A stretch of DNA of 64,000 nt from Deltaproteobacteria bacterium (GCA_050263095.1 JBLNEW010000012.1:7572-71571); one strand, 5' to 3'; positions 51,943 through 60,842 are shown, counted from the first letter of the stretch. Numbers and translations: made by a program. Notes: generated from the sequence alone by a model not told the origin.

Positions 51943-52595
51943 GCAATCCGGCCGATATCGAGCGCGCCTCCTTCATCTGCCTCTCCCCGCCTCCGGGCAG
52001 GATGGCGGGGATCTTCGGAGACGGGGCCTGCCCCCTGGCGCTGCGGGCGCTGGCCCGGCCGCTGCTGCTCGGGGAAGCCGTCGTCGCCGTGGACGGGGGG
52101 AACCGGTTCGACCCGTACGAGATCGGCAAGGCGGCCAGGGCGCTGGGGGGAGACGGGAAGGACGCCCTCGAAAGGATCCGCGTCTCCCGGGCGTTCACCT
52201 GCCACCAGATGGAGGCGCTCCTGGTCCGCAAGCTGCCTTCCGCCCTGGCACGGTACGACGCCCGGCTTGCCCTGGTCCTGGGCCTGCCGGAGACGTTCAC
52301 GGACGCCGACGTCCCGTACGCGGAGGCTTGCCGCATCTTCCGTAGCTGCCTGTCCGCGCTGCGGCGGATCGCCTGGAAGGGAACCCGCATAGTGCTTGTC
52401 GGCAAGGCGGAAGCCGCAAGGCGGGGCGCGGGATATCGTTCCCCGGCGCCCGCCGCCGAAAACCGCGACGGGTTTTTCCGGCACCTCGCCCGGACGGCCG
52501 ATCCCGTGCTCCTTCTGCACCGGGAAGAAAACGGGCTGCGGTGGGAGCTGCGCCGGAGAGGCGCTTCCCCTGCCCGCCTGCCGGGAGGACGATGA
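51939..52595 (+). CDS. Putative SOS-induced RecA-fold-like protein (ImuA/SulA-like, hypothetical)
   Basis: 218-aa ORF directly after lexA with the operator at its start. Degenerate P-loop-like VAVDGGNRFD. Function inferred from context only. Confidence 0.4.
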   Translation: MGNPADIERASFICLSPPPGRMAGIFGDGACPLALRALARPLLLGEAVVAVDGGNRFDPYEIGKAARALGGDGKDALERIRVSRAFTCHQMEALLVRKLPSALARYDARLALVLGLPETFTDADVPYAEACRIFRSCLSALRRIAWKGTRIVLVGKAEAARRGAGYRSPAPAAENRDGFFRHLARTADPVLLLHREENGLRWELRRRGASPARLPGGR

Positions 52596-52889
52596 ATGGG
52601 CCGCACGGTGCTCCCGTTCACCCAGGAGCTGTACCGCGAGGAGGAATCCTGGAAATCGTTCCGGCGTGCGCTGCGCCGCGAGGACCGGGAGCTCTTCGAC
52701 GAGCTGTTCGCCGCCGCCCGCTACCACACGGCCGCCTGCACCTGCTCTGGTCGGGCCGTCCCCTTCGAGGCGATCCTGATGAGCATCCTGCTCGAGGAGC
52801 GGCGGGCGGTGCGCGAACTCTCCCGCCGGCTGGACGAGCTGGCGCGCCGGCTGATGGAGGGGGAACCGAAATGCCCAGGCGGCAAATGA
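52596..52889 (+). CDS. Hypothetical small protein, translationally coupled to the preceding gene
   Basis: 97 aa. Its start abuts the preceding stop. Charged/helical. Confidence 0.3.
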   Translation: MGRTVLPFTQELYREEESWKSFRRALRREDRELFDELFAAARYHTAACTCSGRAVPFEAILMSILLEERRAVRELSRRLDELARRLMEGEPKCPGGK

Positions 52890-52968
52890 AGTTTCACTGA
52901 ATGCCTTCCGATAAAACTGTTGATAAGTTCCGGCACGCGACGCAGATCCTATTTGGGGAAGGATACCC

Positions 52969-54297
52969 GTGGATTCGTTTTCATCCCTGATAACAAAAGC
53001 GGCACTGCTGTTCCTGGGCATCGCCCTGTTCGCCGAGTACCTGTTCCGGAGACGCAAATTACTGGCCGAGTCCGGAAAGAACAGGTCCAAACAGCAAAAA
53101 CTCATTGAATTTTCGAAGGAATTGAAATTACTTAAGAAGAACCTTGCCCGAAAGACCGAAATCGCCGACCAGATTCCCCTTATCATCAAGAAGCTGACTG
53201 AGAATCTTAGTCAAAGCTCCCTTCCCGCAATGGCCGTCCGGTCCGCCAAGGAGCTGTTCCATGCGGAGAAGGCGGGATTCTTCACCCCGGTCAACGGCAC
53301 CGCCGAATATACCCTGGAGGTCGGCGCCGGCTTCCCCCCCGATTGGCAGGGCAAGATAAGAATCGACGCCGACGAGGGAATCCTGGGCATGGCGCTCCAG
53401 AAGAAGGTGGTGGTCTCCCGGATGGATCCGCTCTCATTCGCCGGCAGAAGATCGTCCAGCCGGTCGCTCGAGCAGCTTGGGGCAATCCCCGACTTCGTAG
53501 CGCCGGTTTTCGGCGTTTCCGGAACGATAGGCGCCCTTGTCATCGCCGGTTGTCCGTTCCCCCTCGAAGAGGAGCGGAAATACATGTCGATGCTCGCCGA
53601 TCTGCTCTCCACCGCCATGCAGAAGGCGACCCTTATCGATTCGAGCATATCCAGGTCCTGGGTCGATCACCTGACCGGCGTATCCAACAGGCTGCATTTC
53701 CTGCAGAGGTTCGAGAGCGAAGTCCGGCGCTCCGAGAACTATCGGCAAGCGCTGGCCCTGTTCATGTTCGACATAGACGAGTTCAAAAAGATCAACGACA
53801 CGTACGGACATGCCGCAGGAGACGTCGTGCTGAAGAAAATGGTGGAAATCGTCAGGCAGAACACCCGGAGCTCCGACCTTATCGGGCGATTCGGGGGCGA
53901 CGAGTTCATGGTGCTGATGATGTCTTCCAACGCGGAACAGTCGCGCCATTACGCCGAGAAGCTGCGTGAGATCATCTCCGCGACGGATATCCGGATTCCG
54001 GGACAGGACGCTCCCGTCCGCCTGACGATCAGCGGCGGATTGGCGATGTGGCCGGTCGACGGGCAGTCGACCACCGAATTGATGCAGTGCGCCGATGTCG
54101 CCCTCTACGAAGCGAAACGCAAAGGAAGGAACAACATCGTTCTCATCCAATCCCTGGGCCTTGACGGCGCGATCCTCCACGGGCAGGGATCGGAGCCGGC
54201 GAAGCAGGTCCCGGCAGCCGGCGATAATGCGGCAGGCATCGAGGAAAAGGATGGCGTCCTGGAGCTGTGCGACGACGAATGGGAATCGCTGGCATGA
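52969..54297 (+). CDS. Membrane-anchored GAF-GGDEF diguanylate cyclase
   Basis: N-terminal TM. GAF-like region. GGDEF active site RFGGDEF with RxxD I-site. The 5' part has markedly lower GC. Confidence 0.75.
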   Translation: MDSFSSLITKAALLFLGIALFAEYLFRRRKLLAESGKNRSKQQKLIEFSKELKLLKKNLARKTEIADQIPLIIKKLTENLSQSSLPAMAVRSAKELFHAEKAGFFTPVNGTAEYTLEVGAGFPPDWQGKIRIDADEGILGMALQKKVVVSRMDPLSFAGRRSSSRSLEQLGAIPDFVAPVFGVSGTIGALVIAGCPFPLEEERKYMSMLADLLSTAMQKATLIDSSISRSWVDHLTGVSNRLHFLQRFESEVRRSENYRQALALFMFDIDEFKKINDTYGHAAGDVVLKKMVEIVRQNTRSSDLIGRFGGDEFMVLMMSSNAEQSRHYAEKLREIISATDIRIPGQDAPVRLTISGGLAMWPVDGQSTTELMQCADVALYEAKRKGRNNIVLIQSLGLDGAILHGQGSEPAKQVPAAGDNAAGIEEKDGVLELCDDEWESLA

Positions 54298-56969
54298 AGA
54301 ACCTGTCCAGGTTCAGGAACAGCATCGCGATTCCCATCGTCTTCATCCTGCTGATACTGACCGCCGGGATACTTCTGGCGGGCTTTCAGATCAACAGGAA
54401 CGTTTTTTACAACGTTTTCGAAGAGAGGGAGAAAAGCAAGGCGAAAAACATACACCTGACCATCGAATCCATGCTGTCCAGCGAAGAAAAAAGGCTCAAC
54501 AGCCTTGCGAAGGTGCTGAAAAGGGATACGGACATCTCGTATTCGCTTTACCACTACAAGCTTGCCGGCGGCGACTTGAGACCGTTGAAATCGGTCATGA
54601 ACCAGCTGTACGCGCAGATGAACCTGCCTTTGTTCATAATGGCGGACAGGAACGGGAACATCCTCTACCGGACGGACAAATCGAAGGAACAGGAAAAGCT
54701 CCTCTCGTTCGACGCGTTTCACGAGGCGTTGAAGGGAAAGCAGGTCATCACCGCATCCAGGTCTCCCAGCGGGTGGGGTCTGCGGGCAGTCGTCCCGATC
54801 CATGCCTTCGAGAATCGCGAGCCGTCGGGAATCATGATTCTCGGAAGCAGGATCGACGACGGGTTCGCGAAAAAGATCGCAAGCGAAACCGGCAGCCAGG
54901 TCTTCATCGCTACGCCGGAAGGCGTGATCGCCGGTTCGTACAAGACGCTGGACTCTTCGGCGATGGACCTGTCCCTCGTGAACAGAAGCCTGGCGGACAA
55001 AAAGCCCCTGTTCTTCGCGGACCGGCGCAATTTCCGATCCTACACTTACGTCCCGATCAGAATAATCGACGAGGAATTCTGCCTCGTCGTCGAGACGGAC
55101 ATAAGCGTCGTGAAGGAACTGTTGAGCAAATACAGGATGGAGATGTTCCAATGGGGGCTGATCATCTTCCTGTGCGTCGCATCGATAGGCGCCGCCTTCA
55201 CTTTCACGATCATCCATCCGCTGAACGAACTGCAGGAAAAAGCCCGCGGGGTCGTCAGGGAATATTCCGGGGACGATTCGAAAGCCGCCTCCAGGGGAAA
55301 CGAGATATCGACGCTGGTGCGGGCGTTCAACCTGATGGTGGAAACCATCAGGGACCACATTTCCGAGCGGAAAAAAACCGAAGAGGCGCTGCGTGAGACC
55401 GGACGAACGCTCCAGGCGCTGATCGAAGCATCTCCGCTGGCCATCATCGTCACCGACGCATCCGGCGATATAAAGGTATGGAATCCCGCCGCCGTGCACA
55501 TCTTCGGATGGAGCGGGAACGAGGCGATCGGCCGAGGGAACCCCATCTGCGCGAAAGAGGGGAATTCCGAGCTCGGCGCCATCCTGACGCTGACGTTGAA
55601 CGGCGAGAAAATCTCGAACATCGAGATTCAATGCAAGGGGAAGAACGATTCCGCGATCGACCTTTCATATTACGGCGCCCCGCTCGTCGACGGCGACGGC
55701 CGGATCATCGGCATGACGGCGATCATGGCCGACATAACGGAGTCCAAACAGGCGCGGGATGCCCTGCGGCGAAGCGAGGAGCAGCTGAGGCAGTCCCAGA
55801 AAATGGAAGCGATCGGAAAACTTGCAGGCGGGGTCGCGCACGACTTCAACAATCTCCTATCGGTGATCACCGGCTACAGCGAACTGCTGATGGGCAGGCT
55901 CGGGAAGGACGGCCAGGGCTTTCGGGAAATCGAGGAGATAAACAAGGCGGGGGAACGCGCGGCCGCGCTGACCCACCAGCTGCTCGCTTTCAGCCGCCGC
56001 CAGGTCCTCAACCCGAAAACGATCCGGATGAACGATGTCGTGTCGAGCCTGGGAAAGATGCTCCGGCGCCTGATCGGCGAGAATATCGAGCTGGCGACGT
56101 ACGTCGACGCGGACCTGTGGACGGTGCGCGCGGACCCGATACAGATCGACCAGATCGTCCTCAATCTTGCGGTCAACGCCCGCGACGCGATGCCGCGCGG
56201 CGGAAAGCTCTCCATTTCGACTTCCAATGTCGAAATCGATCTTCCGCTCGTCGAAGGCCCGCTGAAAATACCGGCGGGACAATACGTCGTCCTCGAAGTG
56301 ACCGACACCGGATGCGGAATGGACGAGCACACCGTCGCCCGCATCTTCGAGCCGTTTTTCACCACGAAGAAGCACGGGAAAGGCACGGGCCTTGGACTTG
56401 CGACCGTCTACGGGATAGTAAAGCAAAGCGGCGGATACATCCGCGTCACCAGCAACCCCGGCAGCGGTACAAGCTTTATCGTCTACCTCCCCCGCGACAA
56501 TAGCGCCGAGACGGTGGACATGATCGAATTGTTCGCACCGGGGGAATCGCCGTGCGTCGAAACCATCCTCCTGGTAGAAGACGAGGATACCGTGCGGAAA
56601 CTGGCGTGCGAAACATTGCGGGGGTACGGATACACCGTTCTCGAAGCCTCCAATGGACCGGAGGCAGTTTCGGCCAGCGCGAAGTTCGACGGGACCATCC
56701 ACCTGCTGATAACCGACGTTGTCATGCCGGGGATGAGCGGGCTCGAGTTGTCGCAAAACCTTAAAAAAAGCCGTCCCGGGATGCCGGTGCTTTTCATGTC
56801 GGGGTATTCGGAGGAGGTGCTGTCGCGGGTCGGGTTCATGGGGCCCGGGGAAGCTTTCTTCCAGAAGCCGGTCACCCCTGCGAGGCTCTACGCAAAGATT
56901 CGCGAAATACTTCGGCTCACTTCTCCACAATCACATGCTGCTGGCGCATCCCGCCCACCACTAATGTAA
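54294..56969 (+). CDS. Hybrid sensor histidine kinase (periplasmic sensor, HAMP, PAS x2, HisKA, HATPase, REC)
   Basis: ATGA overlap with the GGDEF gene. H-box AHDFNNLLSVI. C-terminal receiver (LLVEDED...LLITDVVMP). Lower GC in the sensor half. Confidence 0.75.
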   Translation: MKNLSRFRNSIAIPIVFILLILTAGILLAGFQINRNVFYNVFEEREKSKAKNIHLTIESMLSSEEKRLNSLAKVLKRDTDISYSLYHYKLAGGDLRPLKSVMNQLYAQMNLPLFIMADRNGNILYRTDKSKEQEKLLSFDAFHEALKGKQVITASRSPSGWGLRAVVPIHAFENREPSGIMILGSRIDDGFAKKIASETGSQVFIATPEGVIAGSYKTLDSSAMDLSLVNRSLADKKPLFFADRRNFRSYTYVPIRIIDEEFCLVVETDISVVKELLSKYRMEMFQWGLIIFLCVASIGAAFTFTIIHPLNELQEKARGVVREYSGDDSKAASRGNEISTLVRAFNLMVETIRDHISERKKTEEALRETGRTLQALIEASPLAIIVTDASGDIKVWNPAAVHIFGWSGNEAIGRGNPICAKEGNSELGAILTLTLNGEKISNIEIQCKGKNDSAIDLSYYGAPLVDGDGRIIGMTAIMADITESKQARDALRRSEEQLRQSQKMEAIGKLAGGVAHDFNNLLSVITGYSELLMGRLGKDGQGFREIEEINKAGERAAALTHQLLAFSRRQVLNPKTIRMNDVVSSLGKMLRRLIGENIELATYVDADLWTVRADPIQIDQIVLNLAVNARDAMPRGGKLSISTSNVEIDLPLVEGPLKIPAGQYVVLEVTDTGCGMDEHTVARIFEPFFTTKKHGKGTGLGLATVYGIVKQSGGYIRVTSNPGSGTSFIVYLPRDNSAETVDMIELFAPGESPCVETILLVEDEDTVRKLACETLRGYGYTVLEASNGPEAVSASAKFDGTIHLLITDVVMPGMSGLELSQNLKKSRPGMPVLFMSGYSEEVLSRVGFMGPGEAFFQKPVTPARLYAKIREILRLTSPQSHAAGASRPPLM

Positions 56970-57333
56970 CCGACGTGCCGGGCTTAAGCTTGCCGTAGGG
57001 ATTTCTGAACATGAGGGAGTGAACGGCCGCCTCCTCCGGATTCCTTATTTCCGCCAGTCGGCCGATTCGCCGCAGGATCATGAGGTAATACTTTCCGCCG
57101 GTTCCCTCGTCGATCAGGTAGGTGTCGGCAGGGTCCGCGGCGATCTCCTTCATTCCGTGCAGCCGGACTTGGACGTCCACTATCTCCTTGCTCGGGGCAA
57201 GCCTGCAATAGACCACTTCGATCCTCGGTGCATCCGCCGGCTTCGGGACGTCCACCGGCGGTCGAACGGCTTCCCTGCGCGAACACGCCTGAAGAAGCGC
57301 AAGCAATACGGCGAACAGGATTAATTTCCGCAT
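56917..57333 (-). CDS. Hypothetical lipoprotein
   Basis: Lipobox LLALLQAC. No known domain. Its 3' end overlaps the convergent kinase gene. Confidence 0.3.
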   Translation of the reverse strand: MRKLILFAVLLALLQACSRREAVRPPVDVPKPADAPRIEVVYCRLAPSKEIVDVQVRLHGMKEIAADPADTYLIDEGTGGKYYLMILRRIGRLAEIRNPEEAAVHSLMFRNPYGKLKPGTSVTLVVGGMRQQHVIVEK

Positions 57334-57432
57334 CTTCTTCCTGACTCCGCGCCCCCCGAATCGTTCATGCCGACTGCAATATATCACGGAAGGAGGATTC
57401 CTCTCCGCGGGGGCCGGGAGCGGCCCCGCCGA

Positions 57433-57981
57433 TCAGCCTTCCTTGAATTCCGGGCTTGCCTTGGCGATCGCCCACGCGGCGATCGTCATCCCGTCCCATA
57501 TCGCGCCGGCGCCGATTCGAGCGTCGATCTCGCCGCGCGTCGCCCGGACGATCTCGAACTCCTCCGTCTCGTCGGGCGCCTCCCCTACGTACCGCAATCC
57601 CCTGGCGACATAGACCCGGCACATCTCGTCGGTGACGCCGTTGTAGGGATTGAACTCCCCGACCAGGACCAGCCTCTCCGCCGAATAGCCTGTCTCCTCC
57701 GCCAGCTCGCACCCGGCCGTTTCGACATGGTTCGACCCGTCCTTCACGCTCCCGCAGGGAAACTCGACGCTCTCCCTGTCCATAAGGTAGCGATACTGGT
57801 TCACCAGCAGCACTTTCCCGTCGTCCAGAACCGGGACGACCATGGATGAGCCGTTCGTATGGACGTAATGATACTCGCCGGGCTTCCCCGACGGCAGCTC
57901 TACGGCGTCCCGCTTGTACGTCCACCAGGGGTTCCTGAGCACGACAGACTCCGCAAGCTTCTTCCACGATTTAAGCGCCAT
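57433..57981 (-). CDS. NUDIX hydrolase (ADP-ribose pyrophosphatase-like)
   Basis: Nudix box GSVKDGSNHVETAGCELAEETG. Divergent from the polB-like gene. Confidence 0.75.
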   Translation of the reverse strand: MALKSWKKLAESVVLRNPWWTYKRDAVELPSGKPGEYHYVHTNGSSMVVPVLDDGKVLLVNQYRYLMDRESVEFPCGSVKDGSNHVETAGCELAEETGYSAERLVLVGEFNPYNGVTDEMCRVYVARGLRYVGEAPDETEEFEIVRATRGEIDARIGAGAIWDGMTIAAWAIAKASPEFKEG

Positions 57982-58075
57982 TGCCGCAGGCCCCTTCCCT
58001 CGTTCGATTCCCTCTTCCGGTTATCCGATTATATGCAAAACCGCAACCCGGGTTGCCCGAAGAGGCGACGACGGG

Positions 58076-58105
58076 TCATATAGGTATGCTAACATACCCA
58101 TATGG
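58076..58105. promoter_or_regulatory. Third copy (27 of 30 positions) of the palindromic putative LexA operator, overlapping the polB-like start codon
   Basis: TCATATAGGTATGCTAACATACCCATATGG. The ATG at 58102 lies inside the right arm. Confidence 0.55.
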
Positions 58106-60342
58106 GCGACCCGCTCACCCCGTCATGGGACATGGCCGGATGGGTGTTCGACGTGATCCCCGCGCCGGGCGGTATGACCGTGTGGTTCCGCTCCGAGTCC
58201 GGGGAAACGACGGCGCTGTCCGCCCCTTTTCGCCCCTCCTTCGTCCTGGCGGGGGAAACGCTGAATGAGACGACCCTTCGGGCGGCTTCGGCCCGCTGGA
58301 ACTGCTCACTTGCGCGCGGGGAAGGCGCCGAGTTCTTCTCCGGCAGGGCGGTTCCCGCCTGGACTTTCACGGTCCCCGCGCCTGCCCTCCTGGGGCCTAC
58401 CGTCCGGAAAGCCGAGAAGGCGTTCGGGCCGGAGGCGCTGTTCAACGCCGACATCGCCCCGGAGCAGCAGTTCGCCTGCGCCACCGGGCTCTACCCGCTC
58501 TCGCGCGCCCGCGTGGAATGCGACGGCGACGGGACGATCGTTTCCTCGCGGGTCCTCGACTCCCCGTGGGATATCGACTCGCCCCTCCCCTTCTTTTCCA
58601 CCGCGCTCCTTCGCGCGGAAGGCAAGGGGCACCCGGAGCACGGGAGGGTCCGCCCGCTGGAGCTCACCGCCTGCGGCGTCACGCACGTTCTTTCGTGGGA
58701 AGACGGGGCGGGGTTCCTCCGGGAGCTATTGCGGCTCCTTGAAAGGGCCGATCCCGACCTGCTAGTCACGGAGTACGGGGACGATTACCTGCTGCCGCGC
58801 CTGCTCGGCCTGGCCGGCCGGCTGCGGGTCCCCCTTCCGCTGGGGCGCCCGTCGCGGCGCCCGGGGGCGGACGCCGCGGTCCGCCGCGCCAGGGAGCGGT
58901 CGTACCTTTCCTACGGCCGCGTGGTCTTTCTCGCCGCCCCGCACACGCTTTCCGGACGGTGGCACGTGGACGCGCGCAACTCCTTCCTATTCGGGGAGAC
59001 CGGCCTGCCGGGCCTGATCGAGCTTGCGCGCCTCTCCGGCATCCCCCTCCAGCGCCTGGCGCGGACCTCGCCGGGCACGGCCATATCCGCGATGCAGGTC
59101 GCCACCGCCCTGCGCCGCGGGATCCTGGTGCCCTACAAGAAGCGGGAGCCCGAGGAGTTCAAGTCCGGGGCCGAACTGGTCGTCACCGACAAGGGGGGGC
59201 TCACGTACCTGCCGCGCCCAGGGCTGCACGAGAACGTGGGCGAGCTCGACTTCGCCTCGATGTACCCGTCCCTCATGGACCGCTACAACATCTCCCCCGA
59301 AACGATCAACTGCGGGTGCTGCGGCGGCCATCCGCCCTACGGCCGCCCCGGCGTCCCCGTCCCGGAGATCGGCGCCCGCACGTGCGTCCGCCGAAGGGGG
59401 CTCGTTCCCGATACGATCGCCCCGATCCTGGCCAAGCGGCGGCTTCTCAAAAATCGGCAGGCGGCCTGCGCGCATCCCGAAGAGCGCGAGCTGTTCAGGA
59501 AACGGCAGACGGCGCTCAAATGGCTCCTCGTGGTCTGCTTCGGGTTCCTGGGATACCGCAACGCCCGGTTCGGCCGGATCGAGGCGCACGAGGCGGTAAC
59601 CGCCTGGGGGCGGGAGAAGCTCCTTGCCGCCAAGGAGACCGCGGAGAGCCTCGGCTTTCTCTTCCTGCACGGGCTGACCGACGCCGTCTGGGTCAAGCGG
59701 GAAGGCGCGTCCGAGGAGGATTACCGGGAGCTCGCCGAACGGATCACGGAGAAGACCGGAATGCCGATCGCGCTGGAGGGGGTCTACCGGTGGCTGATGT
59801 TCCTCCCCTCCAAGCGCAATCCCAAGGTGGCCGTCCCGAACCGGTTCGCGGGAGCGTTCTCCACCGGGGCGATCAAGGCGCGCGGGATCGCCATGCGCCG
59901 GTCCGACACCCCGCCGGTGGTCGCGGCCCTCCAGCGGGAGCTTTTGGAGCGGATGGCCGCGGCGGAAACGGCCGCGGACCTCAAGGCCATGCTGCCGGAG
60001 CTTCGCGGGATCACGGAGCGCGCCGTCGCCGGGCTTTCCGAGGGGCGCATCCCGCCCGAGGCGCTGGCCGTCGCGCGGCGCCTTTCCAAGGCGCCAGAGC
60101 AGTACGTCGCCGACACCGCGGCCGCCGCGGTCACCCGGGAGCTGTGCGGGCGCGGCGTGACGCTGCGGCCCGGATCCAAGATCCGGTACCTGCTTGCCGA
60201 CGGTAAAGGGCGGGCGATGGGCTTCCTGGACGGGAACGAGACGCCGGATTTCGCGCGGTACGAGGAGATGCTGCGGGAGGCGGAAGACGAGCTGCTCGGG
60301 CTTGTTCGGGAGCATGACCGATGCTTCTTCGGGAGCGAATGA
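58102..60342 (+). CDS. polB: Family-B DNA polymerase, Pol II-like, with divergent catalytic motifs
   Basis: Co-linear by eye with E. coli Pol II. Motif A DFASMYPS is intact. Motif B reads KWLLVVCFGFLGY (canonical KxxxNSxYG). Motif C reads HGLTDA (canonical YGDTDS). The exo II region reads YGDDYL (canonical NxxxFD). Confidence 0.65.
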   Translation: MGDPLTPSWDMAGWVFDVIPAPGGMTVWFRSESGETTALSAPFRPSFVLAGETLNETTLRAASARWNCSLARGEGAEFFSGRAVPAWTFTVPAPALLGPTVRKAEKAFGPEALFNADIAPEQQFACATGLYPLSRARVECDGDGTIVSSRVLDSPWDIDSPLPFFSTALLRAEGKGHPEHGRVRPLELTACGVTHVLSWEDGAGFLRELLRLLERADPDLLVTEYGDDYLLPRLLGLAGRLRVPLPLGRPSRRPGADAAVRRARERSYLSYGRVVFLAAPHTLSGRWHVDARNSFLFGETGLPGLIELARLSGIPLQRLARTSPGTAISAMQVATALRRGILVPYKKREPEEFKSGAELVVTDKGGLTYLPRPGLHENVGELDFASMYPSLMDRYNISPETINCGCCGGHPPYGRPGVPVPEIGARTCVRRRGLVPDTIAPILAKRRLLKNRQAACAHPEERELFRKRQTALKWLLVVCFGFLGYRNARFGRIEAHEAVTAWGREKLLAAKETAESLGFLFLHGLTDAVWVKREGASEEDYRELAERITEKTGMPIALEGVYRWLMFLPSKRNPKVAVPNRFAGAFSTGAIKARGIAMRRSDTPPVVAALQRELLERMAAAETAADLKAMLPELRGITERAVAGLSEGRIPPEALAVARRLSKAPEQYVADTAAAAVTRELCGRGVTLRPGSKIRYLLADGKGRAMGFLDGNETPDFARYEEMLREAEDELLGLVREHDRCFFGSE

Positions 60343-60407
60343 GGCTATAATCGAGTCCGCTCCCTGACGCTCGCGTTTATTCCGATTTTTGAAAAGGAGA
60401 GACGAGA

Positions 60408-60842
60408 ATGAAAGCGTTACTTGTCGGGACGCTGCTGGCAGCGCTCATGATGCAGCCCGTCGCCGGGTCCTGCGGCGGCGACCTGGACAGTTTCATCGGA
60501 AACCTGAACGTTCAGGCCAGGGCGGACCTGCCGGGCTTCAAGGTCAAGCTGTCGGCGCAGTTCGGCATTCCGGTGCCGCAGGTGGAAGCGGTCATCGCAA
60601 ATGTGCAGACGCCGGGGGACGCATACATGGTGCTGCGGGTCGGGCAGGTCGCCGCGCAGCCCAGGGAAGTGGTCCTGGACGAGTACCGGGCGCACAAGGG
60701 CAAGGGATGGGGCGTGATCGCGAAGAACCTCGGCATAAAGCCCGGCTCGCGGGAGTTCCATGAACTAAAAAAGGGGTTCGACGGCGGCTCCGGCAAGGGA
60801 CAGGGGAAGGGTAAAGGCAAGGGGAAAGGGCGGGGCAAATAG
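60408..60842 (+). CDS. Secreted hypothetical protein with a C-terminal Gly-Lys repeat tail
   Basis: Signal peptide. C-terminal GSGKGQGKGKGKGKGRGK. Confidence 0.4.
   Translation: MKALLVGTLLAALMMQPVAGSCGGDLDSFIGNLNVQARADLPGFKVKLSAQFGIPVPQVEAVIANVQTPGDAYMVLRVGQVAAQPREVVLDEYRAHKGKGWGVIAKNLGIKPGSREFHELKKGFDGGSGKGQGKGKGKGKGRGK

Noticed and set aside
58987-60315. 442-aa minus-strand ORF and other frames inside the polB-like gene
   Set aside because: Antisense or out of frame to a product that aligns along its length with family-B polymerases.
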